Positions 57,757 to 64,000 of a stretch of 64,000 nt of DNA are shown here, piece by piece; the stretch's first letter is position 1; every line of letters starts with the position of its first letter. The notes under the pieces were generated by a model. It did not search any database. It was not told the DNA's origin and was given only the letters and a program-made list of their open reading frames with translations. The position numbers were made by a program, and so were the translations under genes. The stretch covers positions 1,056,001 through 1,120,000 of the forward strand of contig OY970195.1 in assembly GCA_963708185.1 (NCBI GenBank), read 5' to 3'. Source of the DNA: Candidatus Peregrinibacteria bacterium. GTDB taxonomy: Bacteria > Patescibacteriota > Gracilibacteria > UBA1369.

Positions 57757-58227
57757 TTAACGGGATTTACGTGGTTTGCGTGATTTAGGCGCCGGTGCGA
57801 TTTTTTTGGAAAGAATTTTCAGCGCTTCGAGATAGCCTTTTTCTTTTTTCCCCGCGATCTGGGCGACGCACGCCGGCGCGGTGACTGAGGTTTTGCGCCA
57901 TTGTTCGCGTTTGTTGATGTTGGAAAGATGGACTTCCACCGCTGGAATTTCAGCGTCCAGGATGGCGTCGTGGATGGCGAAACTGTAATGGGTGAAAGCG
58001 CCGGGATTGATAATCATTCCTGCGGCTTTCGGCGCATTCTGCTGTATAAAATCGATGATCTCACCTTCGTGGTTGGACTGGAACGTTTTGACGGTGAACC
58101 CGTACTTTTTCGCTTCGCCCGCAATGAGCGCTTCAAGATTTTTCAGGGTCAACGTTCCATAATGTTTTTCGGGACGGCGTCCGAGAAAATTGAGATTCGG
58201 GCCGTGGATGAGCAGTATGGTTTTCAT
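57757..58227 (-). CDS. aroQ: Type II 3-dehydroquinate dehydratase
   Basis: HGPNLNFLGRR, QSNHEG, INPGAFTHYS and EVHLSN motifs. Confidence 0.96.
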   Translation of the reverse strand: MKTILLIHGPNLNFLGRRPEKHYGTLTLKNLEALIAGEAKKYGFTVKTFQSNHEGEIIDFIQQNAPKAAGMIINPGAFTHYSFAIHDAILDAEIPAVEVHLSNINKREQWRKTSVTAPACVAQIAGKKEKGYLEALKILSKKIAPAPKSRKPRKSR

Positions 58228-58745
58228 GGTAATTTCTTAAGGATTTCGTTGACGGCTTCATCGACCGATCCCGTATTTTCCACGCTGATATTCGCAAGGT
58301 TTTTGAAAATCGGCTCTCGCTCCTTCCACAGCTTCTTGAAGCTGGTGATCGGCTCTTCGTCCTTCGGGAAAAATGCCGGCTTTCCGTTGATCATTATCCG
58401 TTCAAAAACGATACTCTTGGGCGCGGAAATTTCAATCACGAGATGCCGTTTTATCAACGCCCGGTTCTGTTCCGACATGGGAGTTCCTCCGCCAACCGCC
58501 AAAACCATCGGGCTGTCGGACGCGGTGATTGCGGAAAGTACGCTCGCTTCAAGTTCGCGGAAATATTTTTCCCCGTGCCGTTCCATAATACCGCGGCAGG
58601 AAAGTTTTTCTCCCTTTTGTGTTTCATGCACTTCGACGATGTTGTCGTCGAGATCCACGAAGGCCATTCCCAGGGCTTTCGCCAGGCCTTTTCCGATCGT
58701 TGATTTTCCTGAGTTTTTGAATCCTATAAGGACGATGTGTTGCAT
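58224..58745 (-). CDS. aroK: Shikimate kinase
   Basis: LIGFKNSGKSTIG, FVDLD, GEKYFRELE and AVGGG motifs. Confidence 0.92.
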   Translation of the reverse strand: MQHIVLIGFKNSGKSTIGKGLAKALGMAFVDLDDNIVEVHETQKGEKLSCRGIMERHGEKYFRELEASVLSAITASDSPMVLAVGGGTPMSEQNRALIKRHLVIEISAPKSIVFERIMINGKPAFFPKDEEPITSFKKLWKEREPIFKNLANISVENTGSVDEAVNEILKKLP

Positions 58746-58754
58746 AAATATTTT

Positions 58755-60065
58755 TTAAACTTTGATTTCCATATTCGCGCCGATTTTGTTCATGTCATCG
58801 ACGAAGTCCGGGAAGGTCTTATTGATGCCCTCCGCGGTGTCGATTGTCGAGTCTCCGTCGGCAAGCAGTCCCGCGACGGCAAGCGCCATGATGGTGCGGT
58901 GGTCGTTGTAACCGTGGAGATCGGCACCTTTGAGTTTGCTTTGATAAATGGTGAGCGAATCTTCTTTTTCTTCGAGTTTCACGCCCATTTTCTTAAGTTC
59001 CGTTGCCATGGATTTGATGCGGTCCGTCTCCTTGATACGCGCGTTTTCAACGTTCATGAGAACGGTTTTCCCTTCCGCCTGTGTGGCGACCACGGCAAGG
59101 GTGGGAAGCATGTCGGGGATGTCGCCACAGTTGATGGTTGCTCCTTTGAGAGGCTTGTCGCCTTTCACGATAAGGTCGGTGCCTTTTACGGTGATGTCAG
59201 CTCCCATCTGCTGCAGAAGGGCAATGATCTGTTTGTCTCCCTGGGGATCGTCCATATCCAGCCCGTGAAGCGTAATATGACCGGGCAGCAAAATTCCCGC
59301 GGCGATGAGATATGAAGCCGAAGAAAAATCTCCGGGAATGATTTTATCAACCGGGTGGTACTGTTGGTTCCCGAAAATCCTGAAGGTATCCACCCCGTCT
59401 TTTTTGCTGTGCCCGTAGCGGATTTTCTGTTCGTCGAGCCAGGCCAGGGTCATGTCGACGTACGGACGTTCGTGGAGGTCTTTCACTTCGATTTCCGAAT
59501 TTTTTTTGGCACATGGGAGGCTTAGCAGCAGCGCAGAAAGATATTGCGAGTTTGTCCCGTCAACCGTTGCGTAGCCTCCCGCAAGTTCACCTCTTAACCC
59601 AAGTGGACAACTATCGTTGTTGTCATATGATACGACTTCCATCCCCAGATCTTTGACCGCCTGGATGATGCTGGCGAGCGGTCTTTTTTGCATCTGTTCC
59701 CCGCTGGCGAGGGTCAACAGGACCTCGGGATCTTGGCGAAGACCGATGAGCGGGATGGTCAACGTTGTGGTAATGCCGGAATTTGCGGAAAAAAGATCCG
59801 TTTCTGCTGTATCGAGCGGAACCCCTTCACTCTCCACGGTCACTTCAAGTCCGCCGGAACTGTTTTCGGTGTAATTGATGGTGGCGCCAAGCTTTCTGCA
59901 GACGTCAATGGCGGCGCGACCGTCCTCGGCATCCAGCAGATTATGCAAATGCGATGTCCCGCTCGCCATCGTCGCAATGAAAAGGGCTCGCACCGAGTGG
60001 GATTTCGAGCTTGGAGTCAGCGCTTCTCCGTGAAGTTCTTTCACGGGGTGGATGATGATTTTCAT
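58755..60065 (-). CDS. aroA: EPSP synthase
   Basis: PSSKSHSVRA, NSGITT, SQYLSALL, PYVDMT, PGDFSSA, QGD, RIKETDRI, DHR and KTFPDF motifs. Confidence 0.96.
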   Translation of the reverse strand: MKIIIHPVKELHGEALTPSSKSHSVRALFIATMASGTSHLHNLLDAEDGRAAIDVCRKLGATINYTENSSGGLEVTVESEGVPLDTAETDLFSANSGITTTLTIPLIGLRQDPEVLLTLASGEQMQKRPLASIIQAVKDLGMEVVSYDNNDSCPLGLRGELAGGYATVDGTNSQYLSALLLSLPCAKKNSEIEVKDLHERPYVDMTLAWLDEQKIRYGHSKKDGVDTFRIFGNQQYHPVDKIIPGDFSSASYLIAAGILLPGHITLHGLDMDDPQGDKQIIALLQQMGADITVKGTDLIVKGDKPLKGATINCGDIPDMLPTLAVVATQAEGKTVLMNVENARIKETDRIKSMATELKKMGVKLEEKEDSLTIYQSKLKGADLHGYNDHRTIMALAVAGLLADGDSTIDTAEGINKTFPDFVDDMNKIGANMEIKV

Positions 60066-60075
60066 GGTTGGTAAG

Positions 60076-60156
60076 AAAAAAATAAAAAAGCCTTCTCCTG
60101 AAGGCTGCGAGAGGTTCCAAAACGGTCACATGCTCTACGCCTTCAGGTGTCTGAAG
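60076..60156 (-). promoter_or_regulatory. Transcription attenuator (protector 1:2, antiterminator 2:3, terminator 3:4)
   Basis: On the mRNA: CTTCAG-ACAC-CTGAAG (60141-60156); CCTGAAGGC pairing with GCCTTCAGG (60139-60147 with 60097-60105); AGCCTTC-AGGA-GAAGGCT plus U-tract (60106 down to 60076). Confidence 0.88.
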
Positions 60157-60200
60157 TTGTAAAAGAAGAAGTAACCGAAAGTTTTGGAAAGATTGTTCAT
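60135..60200 (-). CDS. Phe/Tyr-rich attenuator leader peptide MNNLSKTFGYFFFYNFRHLKA
   Basis: Manual translation: ATG AAC AAT CTT TCC AAA ACT TTC GGT TAC TTC TTC TTT TAC AAC TTC AGA CAC CTG AAG GCG TAG; 5 Phe and 2 Tyr within 9 codons. Confidence 0.88.
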   Translation of the reverse strand: MNNLSKTFGYFFFYNFRHLKA

Positions 60201-60209
60201 GACGGTTGA

Positions 60210-60239
60210 AGTATATGTCGGCGCAGGGAAAATTGTCAA
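60210..60239 (-). promoter_or_regulatory. Sigma70-type promoter of the aro operon
   Basis: TTGACA (60239-60234), 18-nt spacer, TATACT (60215-60210), about 10 nt upstream of the leader ATG. Confidence 0.7.
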
Positions 60240-60274
60240 TTTGCTTTTGTGTCCGTTGCCCGGTTCCACACAAC

Positions 60275-60302
60275 AAAAAAGCCCCCGCGAGCGGGGGCTT
60301 TT
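60275..60302 (-). terminator. Rho-independent terminator of the pilin gene
   Basis: AAAAAAGCCCCCGC-GA-GCGGGGGCTTTT hairpin. Confidence 0.85.
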
Positions 60303-60322
60303 GAACGTCTTGTCAAAATCTC

Positions 60323-60721
60323 TTAGCCTGTCGCTCCGCCTCCGCCTGCACCAAGAACGGTGTTGACGATAGCGAATGAAAGCAGGATCACGACGATACC
60401 GATAACGGCATACATGATGATCTTTTTTGCAGATTCGATCTTTTCCTGGTTACCTGCAGCGGTGACATAGAGGAAACCTCCGTAAATGATCATCACCACG
60501 GCAATCAAACCGAGGAAGGTGAGAAAGAAGTTTACAATGGTTAAAGCCAAAGAACGGAAACTTCCCTGACCGCCCGTGGCAGTGCTGATAGCTTGAGGGT
60601 TGTCTGTCGGGCTAATGAAGCCTTGTGCGTTCGCGGTAAGAACCGGAGCAAATGATGCCATCATGAGTGCCATGCTTGTAACAAAGCCGACGGCAATATG
60701 TTTGAGAGATTTTTTTGACAT
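60323..60721 (-). CDS. CPR-type pilin (TrbC/VirB2-like)
   Basis: Signal peptide, then IVNFFLTFLGLIAVVMIIYGGFLYVTAAGNQEKIESAKKIIMYAVIG. Confidence 0.88.
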   Translation of the reverse strand: MSKKSLKHIAVGFVTSMALMMASFAPVLTANAQGFISPTDNPQAISTATGGQGSFRSLALTIVNFFLTFLGLIAVVMIIYGGFLYVTAAGNQEKIESAKKIIMYAVIGIVVILLSFAIVNTVLGAGGGGATG

Positions 60722-60804
60722 AGATGTGGGGTTAGTTATTTGATTTTGTTTTCTCTTCCTTCTATTCTACCAAATTTTCCTTTAAAAAGCAACAGGGCGT
60801 GAGC

Positions 60805-61770
60805 TTAAATAAAGAGTCCCTGAGGCGAAACGAGCTGGACCTCACGTTCAAGCAGTACGCCGAAACGCTCTTTTACCTTTTCCTGAAGCCGTTTACTCAG
60901 CTCCAAAACATCTTTTTGGGTGCCGTTTCCGGTGTTCATGAGCCAGTTGGCGTGCTCTTTGGAGACCATGACGCCCCCGACCTGCATGCCTTTAGCCCCG
61001 ATCTGTTCCAGCAGGTGACCCGCCTTGGTTTCGGGCGGCTGGGGGTTCTTGTAGTCGGGGGTTACGGGATTTTTAAAGAAAGAGCCCGAGCATTTGCCTT
61101 TTGGCTGTTTGCTGATGCGGTTCTTAACAATGTCCATGGCCTCGTCCAGGGCCGTTTTGGCGGTCACGGGATCGGCCATTTTGAGGCGGAGCCAGACTTT
61201 CAGGACCGTTTCGCGGGTTTTTTTGATCCTCGACGAACGGTAGCTGAAGTCCATGTCCTTTTTGCCGGCTTCGAGCAGACTTTCCTCCTTGCTATATACC
61301 AACGCTTTTTCAAAGACATCCTTGAGTTCTATGCCAAACGCGCCGGCATTGCCGCGTACCGCCCCTCCTAATGTTCCGGGCAGGCCCATCATCTTTTCCA
61401 TGCCGGTCAGCTTGTTCTTGAGCGCGAACTGGATGACCTGGGAGAGCAGGAGTCCCGCATCCGCAGCCACAAGGGACTCTTCCCTGGAGTCCGGGAGGGC
61501 TTCAAGGGCGATGTTTTTCGCCTGGATGTGGATGACGAGCCCACGGTAGCCCTCATCGGCAAAAATGGTGTTGCTCCCTCCTCCAAGGACAAAAACTGGG
61601 ATTCCCAGCTTGCCGGCGGCTGTAATGAGCGGCTCAAAAGCGGCCGTATCGGTCAGTTTATAGAAAAGATCGGCCGGACCGCCGATGCCAAACGTCACCA
61701 AAGGCGCCAGGGGCTTGTTTTGTTCTATCCCCGGAAATTGCTGGATCAATTGTTGATAGTGTTCATTCAT
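60805..61770 (-). CDS. murB: UDP-N-acetylenolpyruvoylglucosamine reductase
   Basis: TFGIGGPA, LGGGSN, GLPGTLGGAVRGNAGAFG, FSYRSS, GSFFKNP, HANW and LEREV motifs. Confidence 0.95.
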   Translation of the reverse strand: MNEHYQQLIQQFPGIEQNKPLAPLVTFGIGGPADLFYKLTDTAAFEPLITAAGKLGIPVFVLGGGSNTIFADEGYRGLVIHIQAKNIALEALPDSREESLVAADAGLLLSQVIQFALKNKLTGMEKMMGLPGTLGGAVRGNAGAFGIELKDVFEKALVYSKEESLLEAGKKDMDFSYRSSRIKKTRETVLKVWLRLKMADPVTAKTALDEAMDIVKNRISKQPKGKCSGSFFKNPVTPDYKNPQPPETKAGHLLEQIGAKGMQVGGVMVSKEHANWLMNTGNGTQKDVLELSKRLQEKVKERFGVLLEREVQLVSPQGLFI

Positions 61771-61830
61771 GCTCGCAAAGCATACCACAGATTTCCTGCA
61801 CGGTGATCTGTTTCTCCGCCGCACGGCTCA

Positions 61831-61859
61831 TTGACACTGTGGGCTTCTTCCCATATTAT
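61831..61859 (+). promoter_or_regulatory. Sigma70-type promoter for the tRNA-Thr/tRNA-Tyr pair
   Basis: TTGACA, 17-nt spacer, TATTAT. Confidence 0.7.
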
Positions 61860-61887
61860 CTCTCTGCTTTTTTGTCATGGCGAACGC

Positions 61888-61963
61888 GCCACCTTAGCTC
61901 AGTTGGTAGAGCAATTGTTTTGTAAACAATGGGTCGTCGGTTCGAGTCCGACAGGTGGCTCCA
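61888..61963 (+). tRNA. tRNA-Thr(TGT)
   Basis: GCCACCT...AGGTGGC TCCA acceptor, anticodon arm ATTGT-TT-TGT-AA-ACAAT. Confidence 0.94.
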
Positions 61964-61979
61964 TTCGCACATGTTTTAC

Positions 61980-62065
61980 GGGCAGGTACTCAAGCGGCCA
62001 ACGAGGGCAGACTGTAAATCTGCTGGCTCACGCCTACGGGGGTTCGAATCCCTCCCTGCCCACCA
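61980..62065 (+). tRNA. tRNA-Tyr(GTA)
   Basis: GGGCAGG...CCTGCCC ACCA acceptor, anticodon arm GCAGA-CT-GTA-AA-TCTGC, long variable arm. Confidence 0.95.
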
Positions 62066-62149
62066 TGTTTTTATTATTTTACCCCAGATGACAATCTGGC
62101 CAAATTTACGTATAATTGTATTGTAAATAAATTTCAAAAACAAAATTTT

Positions 62150-63943
62150 ATGACTGACACCGTCAAATCCGGTATTGCGGCAGTAAAAGTACTGGAAGAG
62201 TGGGGAGTAAAGCATATTTTTGGTATTCCTGGCGGCTCAATTAATAGTCTCATGGATGCTCTTTTAGCCGAGAAAGACAATATCGGCTATATCCAGGTTC
62301 GGCATGAAGAAGTCGGAGCGATGGCTGCGAGTATGCATGCAAAGTTTACGGGACACCTTGGAGTTTGTTTCGGGAGCGCGGGACCGGGAGGCACGCATAT
62401 GATGAACGGACTATATGATGCGCGCGAAGACCATATGCCGGTACTTGCTCTTGTCGGACAATTCTCGACTGCGGGTATGAACATGGATGCTTTTCAGGAA
62501 ATGAACGAAAACCCGATTTATGCCGATGTCTCGGTGTACAACCGCACGGTAATGACCGCTGAGCAGTTGCCTCATGTGATTGATGAAGCAATCCGGCAGG
62601 CATACGCAAAAAAAGGAGTAGCGGTCGTGGAGTTGCCGGTGGATCTGGGCTGGAAAGACATTCCGGCAAGGAAATCTTACTCCAGCGCGGATGCTCATCG
62701 GCAATATCCACATCCTTCATTGAATGTGCCTGATCTTGAAGCTGCCGCAAAAATCCTTAACCAATCGGAAAAAACGATTATCTATGCAGGCATTGGAACC
62801 CGGGGTGCGGGTGCGGATGTTATAAAACTTTCACAAAAGATCAAGGCGCCGATCGCCGTGACTGCTATCAATTTTGATAGTTTCCCTCATGATTATGAAG
62901 CGTTGCTGGGTTCGGCAAACCGCGTTGCGACCAAGCCGGCGAATGAGGCGTTCCCAAATGCGGATACCGTGGTTTTTGTAGGAAACAATTATCCGTTCGC
63001 CGAAGTCACCAATATTTTTAAAAACGTTAAAAATTTCATTCAAATTGATATAAATATCGCGAACCTGGGGAAGAGGCATCATGATGATGTGGCAATTCTA
63101 GCCGATGCCGGCGATGCCATTCGGGAACTTACAAAAATGGTGGAGGAGAAAGCGGAAACTGCATGGTGGAGAGCAAACATCAACAATATTAAGAATTGGC
63201 GCGATTATGTGAAACATCTTGAAACAAAAACTTCGGGAGATTTGCAGCTGTATCAGGTTTATCATGCCATTAACGAGCATGCGGCACCCGACGCGATTTT
63301 CTCGATTGATGTGGGTGACGTTACCGAGACGTCGATCCGTCATCTGCATTTGAACCCGAAGCAAATGTGGCGTACGTCAAATCTCTTTGCGACCATGGGG
63401 GTCGGGCTTCCAGGAGCGATAACGGCAAAACTTGATTTTCCCGATCGCCAGGTGTGGGCGCTTTCCGGCGATGGCGCTTTCCAAATGGTCATGCAAGATC
63501 TGGCCACACAGGTCCAGTATAAACTTCCGATTGTAAATGTTGTTTTCGCAAATGCTCAATACGGTTTCATCAAAGATGAACAGGAAGATACGAACACCGG
63601 GTTTCTTGGAGTGGAGTTTATGGACGTAGATTACGCGAAAGTCGCCGAAGCAATGGGGGCGAAATCTTACACGGCGAGAAAAGTTGAGGATTTAAAGGAT
63701 ATTTTTGACCGGGCTGAAAATGACAGGAAAGCGGGCCATACTGTGCTGATAGATGTAAAGATATCAAAAGAAAGACCGATCCCCGTCGAGCATCTCATGC
63801 TGGATCCTGCAATTCATAAAGAAGTGGACATCAAAAATTTCAAATTACGCTTTGAGGCGGAAAATTTGAAACCATTCAGTGAATTCCTCGAGGCTGAGGG
63901 AATTAAGCCCGTTTATACATCGACTGATCTCGGAGGATTTTAG
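62150..63943 (+). CDS. spxB: Pyruvate oxidase (ThDP/FAD; SpxB/Pox type)
   Basis: GIPGGSINS, QVRHEEVGA, GSAGPGGTH, MDAFQEMNENP, FATMGVGLPG, GDGAF and YGFIKDEQE motifs, resembling lactic-acid-bacterial pyruvate oxidase. Confidence 0.9.
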   Translation: MTDTVKSGIAAVKVLEEWGVKHIFGIPGGSINSLMDALLAEKDNIGYIQVRHEEVGAMAASMHAKFTGHLGVCFGSAGPGGTHMMNGLYDAREDHMPVLALVGQFSTAGMNMDAFQEMNENPIYADVSVYNRTVMTAEQLPHVIDEAIRQAYAKKGVAVVELPVDLGWKDIPARKSYSSADAHRQYPHPSLNVPDLEAAAKILNQSEKTIIYAGIGTRGAGADVIKLSQKIKAPIAVTAINFDSFPHDYEALLGSANRVATKPANEAFPNADTVVFVGNNYPFAEVTNIFKNVKNFIQIDINIANLGKRHHDDVAILADAGDAIRELTKMVEEKAETAWWRANINNIKNWRDYVKHLETKTSGDLQLYQVYHAINEHAAPDAIFSIDVGDVTETSIRHLHLNPKQMWRTSNLFATMGVGLPGAITAKLDFPDRQVWALSGDGAFQMVMQDLATQVQYKLPIVNVVFANAQYGFIKDEQEDTNTGFLGVEFMDVDYAKVAEAMGAKSYTARKVEDLKDIFDRAENDRKAGHTVLIDVKISKERPIPVEHLMLDPAIHKEVDIKNFKLRFEAENLKPFSEFLEAEGIKPVYTSTDLGGF

Positions 63944-64000
63944 TTTGTTTTGAGTTTGATGAAACGGACCATCCACCAGACGAACGACCCCGCGAAAAAG

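Overview
Bacterial chromosome segment read with the standard genetic code (TGA = stop). The gene content (CPR-type pilin, several SLH and fibronectin surface proteins, DUF4012, class I LysRS, many orphan ORFs) suggests a Patescibacteria/CPR organism, probably Peregrinibacteria-like; this is an inference. The window holds about 55 CDS, including argS, dnaB, lysK, guaA, murA/murB/murI, ybeY, fba, ogt, msrB and a pyruvate oxidase, plus five tRNAs (Ser-GCT, Cys-GCA, Pro-TGG, Thr-TGT, Tyr-GTA). I saw no CRISPR array, rRNA or transposase. Main highlights: (1) An 11-gene operon (50650-60065, minus) encodes the whole shikimate to Phe/Tyr pathway. It is preceded by an unannotated 21-aa leader peptide, MNNLSKTFGYFFFYNFRHLKA, with complete protector, antiterminator and terminator hairpins, i.e. 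an apparent attenuator sensing both Phe and Tyr. (2) An HTH-coiled-coil-TM gene lies on a dense array of TGTC-N4-GACA/TGTCGACA palindromes, some inside its own coding sequence; this is a candidate membrane-anchored centromere/tether system. (3) ArgRS carries an N-terminal B3/4 editing-like domain. (4) A PAP2 phosphatase is fused to a polyprenol-kinase-like domain. (5) The murA 3' end has a diverged duplicate. (6) Two intergenic regions look like unexplained structured RNAs. Six genes carry single-base frameshifts, mostly in short homopolymers, that look like assembly errors.
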